Source: Octopus vulgaris
Lineage: Eukaryota
NCBI GenBank assembly: GCA_951406725.2
Contig: OX597831.1
Location: forward strand, 17,546,001-17,610,000
Reading direction: 5' to 3'
Length of the DNA stretch: 64,000 nt
Both the position numbers and the translations under genes were made by a program. The number at the start of each line of letters is the position of its first letter. Positions within the stretch are counted from its first letter, which is position 1. The notes beneath the pieces were generated by a model. The model saw only the letters and a list, made by a program, of their open reading frames with translations, ran no database searches and was not told the origin of the DNA. Below, piece after piece: positions 12,410 to 25,525 of this stretch.

Positions 12410-12472
<63 letters not shown>

Positions 12473-13239
12473 TGAATTATTGGTTAATTGATAAGGGGAT
12501 AATTGATATGTCTCTAGATTTGTATTTTTGCGGATGTATTATGAAAGTTATTTTCATACCAACAAGTAAGGGAATAACTGTGAAACTTACCAATTAAGAG
12601 AACAAAAATGAACGCAGAAATTTTCATTGTTATTCTGTCTCTTCACAACCGGTTATTTTTGGTAATGCTGTCATCATGTCTGTTTATTTTATATGAAATA
12701 TAATGCAACATATGTCGCGCTCCGGATATTTATTACTGTTTTCCTGAAGCTGAATTATCGTTTCTGCACGTCAGCAGTTTAGAATGTATAAAGATAAAAA
12801 GAAACGCCTTTATTGAGATTCTTTTCTAAAATATGTGTCATTAAATAATATGTTAATGCCCAACTTTAAATAAATCCCCCCCCCAGTGCAATCGCAGACC
12901 CGGAGACACACTCACACCGTATATTCTTTCTCCATTTCATTCTATTAGATGATCTTTTTTCAATTTTGTGAATTTGCACCAATTATGTAAACGGTACTGT
13001 TTCTTGAGTACATACATATATGTATTGCAATCTGAAATTGTTTTGCAGTTGTATCATAATAAGCTTGCCTTTAGTAATGTTTATATTGAGATAGTAATAT
13101 CCACGAAATTGACAAATAAACAAGAATCTCAGCATTCAACATATGAACACTATGTCAATGCAACCACTGCTACTCTACTTTTAGTATAATTTCAGGTCAA
13201 ACGATGCAGATTATACTAAACTTATGTTCAAAATATTTA

Positions 13240-14445
13240 CAGGGTCACCCGCAATCGATACTACCTACGTTTCTGGCTTTAATAACTGTGAATAAATAAA
13301 ATAAGTTATAAAAACTATTTACCATGTGTGTGGCTTTTGCTTCCGACTGGATATAGACAGATTTACAAGTTAGAGGCTTATCTATAAACAAAAATACAAT
13401 AATAAGCACCATAAAGTCGGCTAAAGTAACACAGCTATGGCAAAGAAGCTTAACATTAATGTAGCAACACTTGGAAAATTGTCAAGGAATTTCAAGGGAA
13501 TGGCTCCAGGTTGCATCGACCCGAAGATAGGCAAAAGCAATTGTGGCCAAAACTTAGTTTATCGAAAGTACCAGTACAAAGGTGCTGCGCGATCTTCATG
13601 ATTTCATAAACAAACTAACTGCCAATACACAAATGACATATAAGACCCAGTCCTATAATATAAACTGACATCATAGCACGTTCAGTTTTATAAAGGCATT
13701 AAACTGCAGAGGAGCCGTCTAATCATGCAACAGACAGCTCAAAGCACGCTGCCCAAACTGGTGTCGACTGACGACAATGATTGGATATAGAACAGATAGT
13801 AAACAACCCGAATGAAAGACCTTTGTGTACATCCGGCTCCGGTGGGGTTACTTCATTAATTGACGTCAACATCCATTGTGAGTTATGTTTCGGGCTGCCT
13901 GCTGTGAGGGCCACAGAATGTTCTCCCTTTCATTTCTGTGTTCCCGAGCTTTGCAATAAACACCCAATGAAATATCTGCGATATTCCGGAAGCAGAAAAA
14001 ATCTTCTATGGGTGCGTGAATAATTTCAAGATGCATCTTGGGTCATCCAACACGACTCAGCACCACTCCACAGCACTATACGAACAAGACACTAGATTTA
14101 GAAAAAACTTCCCGACTTTCTTGTTAAGAAGCCCCAATCTCAACCCATTGGATTATTTGGGGGGGGGGGGGCATTTTCGAATTTGGGGTCCCGAGCACTC
14201 CTCAGCTTCGTCCGACGCTCTGAATCTTCCCATACAACAACTACTTACGGTATGTGAGGTATTCGCACCCTGACTTAACGCTGTGGTTAGAAACTAAATG
14301 TTGGAGAGATTAGAAAATAAATATGGTTGTGTCATAATTGTGTTTCATTGGCGTAGGCATTGCAAGGCACGGACACGAAATATAACAACATTTCATTAAA
14401 CAAAAATTCAAATTAATTGTTCGAATTAAACTTTAGAACACCCGG
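13240..14445 (+). mobile_element. Decayed DD37D element, copy 2
   Basis: ta|cagggtcacc ... tagaacacccgg; SPNLNPLDY motif in ORF 14016-14273; same flanks as copy 1. Confidence 0.7.
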
Positions 14446-14636
14446 CATATATGTTCTGTGGGAAAATGTTGGAGCTAGTATCGTGAGTAATGCAGTAACA
14501 TATATATATGTGCTGTTATGTCAGACCTGACCTGCAGCGATTTGGGCCAAAAGCCTATATATCCAGTGATCAAAGTTTCACTGAAGAACTACTGTTTGAA
14601 ATCTTGAATTTTCTTCAGGAACCGTGAGGAGAATCT

Positions 14637-14674
<38 letters not shown>

Positions 14675-15159
14675 TTGAAGCATGAGGTACAACAAAACCA
14701 CCTACCTCAAATACGTCAGCAGAGGGTTCCTGAAAAATAAAAACATTTTCAAATGTGAATGTAACACATTTATAGGCTTTGTATGTACACATATGCATGG
14801 TAATGAGCGGGCCATTAATTCTGTCATGCAAGGTATGTTATGAAGATATAATTAATATATTTTAGTGAGTTAATTATTCCAGTGAAAGCATTAGCTGTAA
14901 TCATATCGAAGCTATCTCATCTCAGGTTTCGATCAATGGAGTTATAAAATATATATAATTTCTGGTATAAAGTTTATGTTACATTTGTTCAAATAAAAGG
15001 CACTCGACACAGAGAAATGGAAGGTAACTTCCGAAACATCTCTTAAACTGGGCGTACAATTTGTGACACTCACTATGCATACATTTAGGAAAACAAGCGG
15101 TGAAACTTCAGGCAAAATTGCAGATTGAAGTTAACACGGAAGTTACTAATCTGCTATTG

Positions 15160-15165
<6 letters not shown>

Positions 15166-15234
<69 letters not shown>

Positions 15235-15321
15235 TACACACACGCACAATTATATATATATTTATAAATATTTATTTGTATATATATATATATATATATT
15301 TACTGATATATATATGCATAA

Positions 15322-15354
<33 letters not shown>

Positions 15355-15366
15355 CAAATAAATATT

Positions 15367-15428
<62 letters not shown>

Positions 15429-15438
15429 AATATTTATT

Positions 15439-15499
<61 letters not shown>

Positions 15500-15865
15500 A
15501 CATGGAAATGATGCAGGATTATACCTAACGACTCATTCTCTGGTTTCTATAATTTCGGAACATTGTATCCTCTTCCTTTCCATCTCTTTATTCTTTTGCT
15601 CCCTTCCTCTATGCTGCCATCTTTTTAATATATACGATTCTCATTTTCCATATTTGTCTGTGATGACGGAACATACCATACTCTAGTATATCCGAAAAAC
15701 TGATGTAAGCTTTTGAATTTCTTCCTATAATAATATTCTATATGGCTTGAGTTGTTTGCCTTGCCTTAATTTTTGCTGCATATACAGATTGATAGATAGA
15801 TAAACAAACCGACAGTCAGATACACAGACAGATAGATATATATATAGATATATAGATAGATAGAT

Positions 15866-15934
<69 letters not shown>

Positions 15935-15949
15935 GAAATATAGATAGAT

Positions 15950-15994
<45 letters not shown>

Positions 15995-16020
15995 TAGATA
16001 GATAGATAGATAGATAGAGA
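15166..16020. repeat. (CA)n, (TA)n and (GATA)n microsatellite cluster
   Basis: Read directly. Confidence 0.9.
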
Positions 16021-16258
16021 TGTCTCTAAAAGGACTGTGATTATTGAGGTTAACGTCATTGCTGGAAATGTAAATCAAAACACTTGACCACATTAAGCAC
16101 TACCTTATTGACAGAAAAGGGAGTCAAATTCCCTAAGCACGGGGAATAACCAGAACACAAGTGATGTCACGTGCACATTAATGCCTGCCAGAGGACCTCA
16201 CCGGGAACATGGGTTTAATTCAAGTCTCCTTGTCAGCTTATGAGATAACCCAAAAAAT

Positions 16259-16299
<41 letters not shown>

Positions 16300-16307
<8 letters not shown>

Positions 16308-16511
16308 TTTTACTCACGTACTCTTATAGCTTTTGCAGTTACTTGACCGCGGATATGCTGCAGCATCGCATTTGTAGAATGTCTTTCAAAGAAATGGAGC
16401 CCGTGACTGAATTTTCTAATCATAGTTCTCATTGTAATGGTCATTTTTACTGCATCGCCGGGCTACGTGGAGTTAAATGCATTAACATCTGATGTCAAGG
16501 AACGGCGGGAG

Positions 16512-16583
<72 letters not shown>

Positions 16584-16845
16584 TCAAATAATAAGAGAGA
16601 GTCCACCATGTGGTCAATCTAACGCTAGAAATAGATCCGAAAATGAATCCGCCACTAAAAAAATGTTCTCAAGAATTAATTCAACACGCCAAGAGTGTAA
16701 GCGAGCTGGACAAATAAAAAATAACGAAAGAATAGATTAACTCCATACAATTGTGTCATCGTTAATAGATTATGCAGTTTTACTTACATGAGTATTTTCG
16801 AATCATCAGCAGTGAAGTATATCAAAAATAAAATTTGCTGAACCG

Positions 16846-16910
<65 letters not shown>

Positions 16911-17062
16911 GCTGGGATAATTTCTGTTTCCCTCAAGCAAAGTCTCTCGACAGCCCTAGGTTATAGCAGAATACATATGCCGAAGAAGTCACGTAGTGGG
17001 ACTTAATCTAGAACCAAGTGTTTGGGAAGCAAGGTTATTGCCACACTGCCACGCATGCGCTT
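16300..17062 (-). mobile_element. tRNA-derived SINE split by (TA)n and a nested insert
   Basis: Head gcgtggcagtgtggcaataaccttgcttcccaaac at ~17060-17020; tail gcgatgctgcagcatatccgcggtcaagtaactg...gagtaaaagaata at ~16370-16300. Confidence 0.6.
16585..16845 (-). mobile_element. Penelope-like pLTR insert, same family as 6898-7520
   Basis: ~90% similar to the left arm; hammerhead damaged (GAAA to GACA, 3-nt insertion); (TA)n on both sides. Confidence 0.75.
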
Positions 17063-17102
17063 GCAGACATCTCATACGCCTATGTATACATCTGTGTGTC
17101 TA

Positions 17103-17210
<108 letters not shown>

Positions 17211-17215
17211 CGCAA

Positions 17216-17267
<52 letters not shown>

Positions 17268-17289
17268 CCACACACACACACACACCCCT

Positions 17290-17640
17290 ACCTGCATTCT
17301 CTACCTGGACTTCCTTCTACTCACCTACACCCGGACTCCTACACTTCGGCTGCACCTTTCCTAACCATGGATTACACTGGACTCTTCCTTTGATGTGAAA
17401 TCGCTCTATCACACAAAGACCTTTGAACCTTTTGAAATTTTATTAACTCTTTTGTACTCTCTGCATTCCTATTGTTTCTTCCATGATAGATCGATAGCCA
17501 CTACACGTTTTCCAATTTTCTCTCCCTGTTTACTTCTCTGTTCCTTTCTGTGGAAGAGCTTAGGCTCGAAAACATGAAAGACTTTCTCACTTCACGAGCG
17601 TTATACTAATACATCGGTTTGTTGTTAACACACCCGTCTC
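17290..17640 (+). mobile_element. Short repeat with hammerhead-like core
   Basis: cttt-CTGTGGA-agagc-ttag-gctc-GAAA...aaag at ~17544-17580; the same family occurs reversed at 23120-23325. Confidence 0.5.
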
Positions 17641-17681
17641 TCTCTCTATCTCCCTTTCTCTCTCTGTCTCTCTGTATATGT

Positions 17682-17733
<52 letters not shown>

Positions 17734-17824
17734 GTACACATCCAAATGCATATATGTATATATATTTATAATACGGAAGATATATGAAACGTCAAATTTC
17801 AGTCCATTAAATGCTACACAAAAA

Positions 17825-18270
17825 TATATATGTAAAATGAATATTTCGATATTAGAGGCAAATATAAGCATCGAAACAAAACATATTCAGCGATATTTAA
17901 ATTATATAGATTTGTACATATACAGGATTGGTTCGTGGCTCTGATCAAACGTACCAAATGTGATCCAAACAAAATATTAATATCCCTGATAAAGGAAATA
18001 ACGATACTGGAAAGGATGGTATCTACTCTTAGCACTGTATCCCTGAAACGGCCGTAGGATGTATACATCAATTTTCACATTTGGATTTTAATTCGGAGTT
18101 CTCCATTCCAACGCTCCGTATACTTATGTGAATTTAATATTACCGCCTATGATACGACAAACTGGACCTGTACGTACAAATGTATATGATTTAAATAACG
18201 CTGAATATGTATTTTTTCAATGCGTATATTTGCCACTCATGTCAAAATATTTATTTTTACATAAATTTTC
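17825..18270. repeat. ~110-bp inverted repeats enclosing a hammerhead-like motif
   Basis: 17825-17935 and 18155-18270 are diverged reverse complements. Inside is atcc-CTGATAA-agga...tccct-GAAA-CGGCCG-TA-ggat (17982-18060). Confidence 0.6.
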
Positions 18271-18500
18271 CACCAGAATTATTTCAAAGGTCAAACTGAG
18301 AAAGTGGCATTTATCAATTTAGACAATAGGCGCCAGTTTACTTGAAACTTCACTGAAATAGTCAGGCCTTAAATGATATCGGAAAAAGAAATGTAACCAC
18401 TAGTGTAGATAGCGTGTGCCTTCCCGGGACCCCACAAAAACTCACATTGTCAACAGCAGACCCAAACGTGCCGCCCCCGTTCACCAAAGAATCCCATATT

Positions 18501-18735
18501 TATTTCTTTACTGCCCACAAGGGGCTAAACATAGAGGGGACAAACAAGGACAGACAAACGGATTAAGTCGATTAACATCGACCCCAGTGCGTAACTGGTA
18601 CTTCATTTATCGACCCTGAAAGGATTAAAGGCAAAGTCGACCTCGGCAAAATTTGAACTCAGAACGTAACGGCAGACGAAATACGGCTATGCATTTCGCC
18701 CGGCGTGCTAACATTTCTGCCAGCTCACCGCCTTT
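18501..18735 (-). mobile_element. tRNA-derived SINE, full length, with TSD
   Basis: Head aggcggtgagctggcagaaatgttagc, B box gttcaaat, core gtcgactttgccttt...gtcgataaatgaagtaccag; flanking agaa(t/a)cccatatt direct repeat. Confidence 0.85.
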
Positions 18736-19699
18736 AGAAACCCATATTGCGTACAGCAGACCCAGCGTGCCGGCCCCGGACCCCACAAATACACATATTT
18801 CCTACAGCACATCCGAAAGTCGCACCCCTACGCTTCCTAGCTACTCTAGTGAATGTAACGTTCTTGAGAACTGCTGATTGAATAACATCACCACACTTCC
18901 TCTACTTCCACCACATTTCTTCTTCGTCTCCGGTCTTTGCATTTCTCTCTTCCCAAACAGATACACGCAGGAATGCCCACATAATCAGCCCTTGCAATGG
19001 ACAAAGGGCTTTAAACAATCTTGTGTTTGACATCCTTTACTGTTATAGGGGTAATAATTACTGTTCTATTTATGACACAGTTATTTTCAAAACCTCGCCG
19101 GACATAGAAAACGAGGTTATGGTATGTTATTTAGCCATAGTTGGATCGTCACAAGCAAGATTAACATCTGAAGCAATTGATGACGGATGCCATACCACTC
19201 TTCTTAGAGGAGTAAATTGTATTTACGGCCAATCATTTTAGTCACCTGTAGTTAACTATGTCAGCAGAAATTACTACACACCGAAAAAATCTCCACTTAT
19301 TTTATAAAATTTAAAATTAAAATAAAAAATAAGTGGAAAATTTACCGATGAGTGTTAAATTAAAAGCACGAAAATAAAATGACTCTCCCCAGACACAACA
19401 GAATATGTTTCTACACGCGAATTCACATAAGGAATCTTGCAAACGAAATCCAAAAGAGCAAATAGAAATTACTATTTTTCCGTCGCTTTCAGAAATGAAT
19501 GCATGGTCGGAGACTATAGAAGACGTTGTGTGCCCAAGAGGCTACGCAGAAACTGGAACTATATAAAAATTCGCTTACAATAAATATTTAAAATATGTAA
19601 ATAATACACCGATTCCATTAACCGGACATAGTCTAGTAGCGATTTTCGGTGAACCAGTTTCTTTTTTTTTTTTTAGCGGTTATATATATGTATGTATGT

Positions 19700-20490
19700 G
19701 TGTGCAATATTGGCTGAGACGTTGGAGATGACCTAACAACTGGCACATCGTGTAGAATGATATTTTTGAATATGGTTTCATTCATATTAACTTGAATCCG
19801 GATCAAAGGCCCGATGCCTGCTGTAGAAGTTATTATCGCCTCATTAAATCCCAACCTCCAAATTTCACAAAATTCTTTGCACATATAGGGAGAAATCATC
19901 CACATTTCAGAAGTCTCCCGTACTGTCTATTAACGCAGCCAAACGAATTGAAATTGCATTTCTCACTGAAGAACATACATACATTTGTCGCCCATTCAAA
20001 TTATCCACCTCGTTTTGCTTTTCCTTCCTTCATACTGATGAGGATCTTAATGTCAGGTGAACATAATACAATCAGACTTCATCCAAATGACTAAGCACAG
20101 TCTTCCGAGACACAATGATTCCCCAGAATCACGACTTACTCGCCAGGAACGTCCTGCCGCAGTTCGGAAATAGTCTGAATCTCACTGTCTTGCAAGCGGT
20201 TATTTTTCATTGGTCTCCCAAGTTTTCCAAGTTTTTCAAATGACACAAACGAGCTTGTTCTTCATAAATATTCAGTATTCTTGAAAGAATACTGTGATCT
20301 GTTAATGTCTGTAATGATAGCAGGAATCGACGATCCTTCTATTTGCGATGTTACCACTCGCTTCCTGAGGCTTACATGTATGTTATGCTGGATTCCCTGA
20401 TTCTCAATTCATTACTGTAATAAAATACTCTCAACTAAGTATGGAGCTGCCAGAGTTCTTCCAGATAACAAATTTTCAATACTACAATAT
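19700..20490 (-). mobile_element. Decayed Tc1 (DD34E) element
   Basis: Remnant STAGIGPLIRIQVNMNETIFKNII...SSPTSQPI; homologous to 47520-48560. Confidence 0.6.
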
Positions 20491-20986
20491 ACGTACTGTA
20501 TACGTACTATACGAACAGCAAATATATTTAAATTTTATTTTCGTTCTCTAATTTTCAACACTATTGTATGAATACATTTATAATTTTTTCCCTGTAAAAA
20601 TATCAAATTCAAATAAAACAATTTTAAGAAAGACGGTAACGTAGAACTATCACTGCTGGAAACTACATTTTCAAAATTTGATTTAGTCTATTCATCCAAG
20701 TGGTTATTTTCTCATACGTACCGGCATACGGGTTCCATGTTCTCATATATTACATAAGCTAAACGACAAATAGCTCTCCCTAACTTATCACAATGCATTT
20801 TTAAGTCGGAAGTTGATACAGCTAGGATTTGAAAAAAATACGTTTTTAAATCAGTCAGTTATGGCGATTTATATATTAAATAACCAGCATAATTGAATAG
20901 GTAGCAGAAACGTGGCCAGGCGCTGTCTTCCGTTTACATTTACATATGTGTGCCTGTGTGCCTGTGTGTGTGTACGTGTCTGTGAG

Positions 20987-21022
<36 letters not shown>

Positions 21023-21270
21023 TATATATTATAAAAACAGTAAGGTAACAAAAGAAAGAAATAGACCTCGATAATATGTAAATAGCGGAAATATACAGAT
21101 TATTCAAACTACAAACAAGTTATGATATTCTTTGAGAAATAATGATAAAGGGACTGTAATCCAACCAAACCCATTTATAAAACTACGAAGAGAGGGTAGC
21201 TATATTAGTATCAATGGATTTCGCTTCTAGTGCCAAATTTACATTCAAAGTACATCGGGTAGGCTTACTA

Positions 21271-21319
<49 letters not shown>

Positions 21320-21429
21320 ATATATATATATATATATATATATACATACATATATAGTTTATAAATATATGCATATGTACATACATATATATATATACCT
21401 ACCTACATATATATCCGTATATGCATGCA

Positions 21430-21720
21430 TTTATGAGTAGAAGACATAAAAAAGGAGACAGGATGAGAAACGAAAGCATAAAAACAAAAACAGAAAAATC
21501 TTTTATCGAACTAAAAAAAAACAAACACAGAAACGAGACCTGCAAATTAAATAGCGTTCCCTTCATCAGTTGTCCCATGTTTTCTCTACTCCACGTTGTC
21601 GCATGTCTCATTTCTCTGTAGTTTTTTCGTTGTCCGAAAAAAATTCGTTTTCTATGTATTTGTTCTTATATTCCCATGTCTAATTATATCTACGTTTTGT
21701 TTTTGATGTCCTACAATCAT
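21430..21720. repeat. Fold-back short repeat with a central ggacaaCTGATGAaggga motif (-)
   Basis: Ends atgagtagaagacataaaaaa / tttttgatgtcctacaatcat and inner agaaacgagacctgc / gcatgtctcatttct are inverted; related core at 24420-24447. Confidence 0.5.
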
Positions 21721-21833
21721 ATAAACATGTATACATACATATATATGTACATATATCTTTGTATATGTGCATATATTTATATATTACTTATATTATTTTA
21801 TGATCGAACGCCACGCAATCTTTTCCAAATAAG

Positions 21834-21888
<55 letters not shown>

Positions 21889-22380
21889 GAGGGTTTAACT
21901 CCAAACTTACAGGGGAAAATCAATTTAGCATTACTTTATTTATTTTGGGCTATATGTCTACATATTTATTGATAGAGAAATTTTTGATTTTTAATTACTA
22001 TATTTGATGATTATAATTTAGTTACTTATTTTTATGCATATATTATTTTATAATTATTAGATGTGAACTTAAAAAAATATTGATATTGATTATTCTGTTA
22101 AATAATTTGGTAATTGAATATTGGTGTATAACTGAGTTAAAGATATTCGAGAAATTGTATTTTTAAAGCAAAATTATATCTTCAAAGATAGATACATATT
22201 TCCATCAATATTTTTACATTCAAAATTATATATTTAAGATAATAAATGTATTGTAGGAAATAATCATAATGTTTTAAGTTTCTAATTTAGTTAATGGTGT
22301 TTTTTCTATAAGAAAACTTTATTTTATTCATTTCTTAAATAAATATTGTTTAACTCTCTTTGCTTATTTATTTAACTATT

Positions 22381-22488
22381 ATCATTACACTGAAGATTGG
22401 CTATAATTTTAAATCGAATTTCTTTTAATTGTAATTAAACTTAGTTGAAATTCGAATTTAATTGTAGCCATGAAACGTACGTAATGGT
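22381..22488 (+). ncRNA. Hammerhead-like motif with long stem II
   Basis: atcattaca-CTGAAGA-t-tggctataatt...tcgaatttc/gaaattcga...aattgtagcca-t-GAAA-CG-TA-cgtaatggt. Confidence 0.5.
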
Positions 22489-23054
22489 TTTACTTATTAT
22501 ATTAGATATTGATAATTCATTTTCTACTTTTTGATATCTAGTTATAAGTTATAGGTTTCATAAATATATATATTATTTGTTATATATGTATTGGTTTATA
22601 TCTATCACTGTTTGAGTTGCATAATAGTGATTTTATCTCTAATTTATGCTACACATATATATATATAAACCCCCCAAATACGTTTATTGCTTATCTATCT
22701 ATACACACACTCTAACATACTCACATGTAAATCCTTGTCAACGTATGCATGGATGCATGTACGGATTCTGCTGGAAGTATCTAGGTTATGAACGTGATAA
22801 CTCAATTAATTTAATTGTAGATAAGACATTGTCTATCTCGCTGACATTCTTGTATGTTTCCGAATGAGCTACAATACGGGATATGCTGATCAAACATAAA
22901 TACAGAGGCTAAGAGAAACATATCGCCGTGTTGGTTTTTGAAGCAAAGAATTAAGTATTCTCATCGGGTATAATACTTGCTGCATGTAACGTTGTCATGC
23001 GGAATTCTTTGTGGATACATTTAGATGTACAAGTACAGCTCCGTGATATATGTA

Positions 23055-23119
<65 letters not shown>

Positions 23120-23121
<2 letters not shown>

Positions 23122-23325
23122 AGGGAATGTTTACGAAAAAATAAAAAGACGAAGACAGGTGGTGTACAAAACAAACAGATGTATTAGTATAATGCTCAGA
23201 AATAGTAAAAAGTCTTTTACGCTTCGAGCCTGCGCTCTTCTAAAGAAAGGGACACAGAAAAAACAAGAAAAGAAAAAGGGACAGAAAAAATGTGTGTAGT
23301 GGCCAGCGATCTATCATGGTGACTG
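23120..23325 (-). mobile_element. Short repeat of the 17290-17640 family between (TA)n tracts
   Basis: Minus strand ccctttctttagaagagcgcaggctcgaagcgtaaaagac, plus shared catgatagatcg..gccactacac. Confidence 0.6.
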
Positions 23326-24050
23326 ATATATATATATATATATATATTGTGCTTATAGCCCAACGTACTACTACATTGTTATGTGTGTGCGTGTTTCTTT
23401 GCAAGTGTGTATATATATAATTTTATATAACTTATGTATATGTATATTTATAGCACGGCATGGAATATCATAATCGAACAATTCATGCGTTTAGTTGTTA
23501 GGTAATGATGCCTGAATTTATGAAAATGGAAATGAATTTCTCTACCCTCAGTTAAGTAAAGTCCTTTATTTATACTTTTTCACTCAAATTAGTGCTGTAA
23601 CGGATACTGAATATATAAATGCATATAATGCACATAACATGATAAGGATAAACTGTATAAAAGCGCATGTCTGAATTATTTATGTGTACATCAATTTTTA
23701 TATCATAATTGATACGAACTAATCACTTGATACTTCAAGTACATTTGAAGGCGAAATTCCCATAGATCAGCTGGAGAGCACTGATGCATTCTCTATCAGA
23801 GTCCTAGTATCTCAACTTGATATAATAATGCGTTAGTCTGACTTTCCAAACCATATTGGAATCCGAATGCACACGGAAAATCCAACGCTAAATTTCATAT
23901 AGCAGGTATGTATAGAATTCTGCATACACTAATAGATCTTTTCCTAGTATCCCATGCATTGATATGTAAATATACTAATAAATTCATGTATAAATACTAA
24001 TATTCATACACTGATACATACAGACACACAAAAACGGATACATAATATAC

Positions 24051-24146
<96 letters not shown>

Positions 24147-25022
24147 GTATGTATGTGCGTGTGTGTGTGTGAGTATGTATATATGTATAAATATATATAT
24201 ATATATATTTTGTATTGGCTAAACTGGCAATATGACCATTCCGAAATATAACAATATCTGTTTCAACACACGACTTCACATAAAAAATCTTTACATACCT
24301 TCATATATATGTATATATATATATATGTATATATGGGGGAACAACATCGTAAAAACAAACATATAAACAAACGCTTTTCAAACAATGAAAAAAAAACCCC
24401 AGAGAAGCAAGACACACAAGGAATGTCTCCCTTCTTCAGTTGTCCGTGTTTCATCTACTTCGGCTTTCCGAGTGTAAGGACAAGACGTGACGTCGTTGAA
24501 ACAGTGCTTCTCGCAATGCAAATTAAATAAATTTTGGGATCTGTGCGGAGGGTGATTGTGGTGACAAGAACAGGACAGTGAGAACAAAGCAGGAAAACAA
24601 ATAAAAATATAACAATAGTGAAGGACAGAACAATGAGAAGAAAACAGTAAAAACAAACGATAAGGGCTGTGAAGCCAAGACGATGGAAATATTATTCAGA
24701 GTCGTTAAGGAGACAGCTTCTGAAGAGACAGGAAAAGCTAGTCTGGTCTTTGGGCTTCGTGAAGATAGTAGTCGAAAAGATGGCTTCCATTTGATCACGT
24801 GTCAACGATGAGAGAGTCGAGGGGGAGGAGGAGTAAGTGGGGGGGGAACGGTGAAGGCGAGAGGCAAGAATAGGGAAGGGTAGGAGAGAAAACCAGGAAA
24901 GATAAAGAACAAGAGAGGGAGAGACATAGACAGAGAAGATATTTATATGTGTATATATATATTTATATATATATTGAGAAAAGTAATCAAAATTTTGGAA
25001 AAAAATTATTTTTATTTCTTCA

Positions 25023-25066
25023 TTATTATTATCGCTTTCGTTCCTCTCTAGAACTTGTCAAATAAA
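25023..25066 (-). ncRNA. Minimal hammerhead motif, U3:A8 variant
   Basis: Minus strand ttat-TTGACAA-GTTC-tagagag-GAAC-GAAA-GCGA-TA-ataa. Confidence 0.5.
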
Positions 25067-25464
25067 ATTTGGGAAATGTACAAAAAGCTTGTTCATGTAT
25101 ATAAAACACGTTATTTCGGTATTTTATTTAGAAGACAACATTGTTTTTTGTTTTTTTGAGGGGAATGACGGTACAAGACAATGGAGATCGATAGATTCAA
25201 ATATAGGTCGGTAGGTAGATAGGCTGGAATGTAGCTAGCTAGCTACATAGATAAATAGATATATAGTTATAGACAGATACATAGCTAGAAAGACAGAAAA
25301 ACAGATATCCACCTTCCTATTCACCCTTTATTCATTTAATATTTTTTCCTTTTACCATTGTATTGGAATGAGTTTAGGGTCGGCGTCAACATTATTTTAA
25401 CTGGTTCTACTTTGTCTTATTTTCCTTATACATATCAACACACACACACACACACATGCATGTA

Positions 25465-25525
<61 letters not shown>

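Noticed and set aside
14576-14610. ttca-CTGAAGA...GAAA-tcttgaa hammerhead candidate
   Set aside because: There is no room for stem III and stem II is weak. The candidates at 15655-15710 and 50470-50500 are similarly incomplete.
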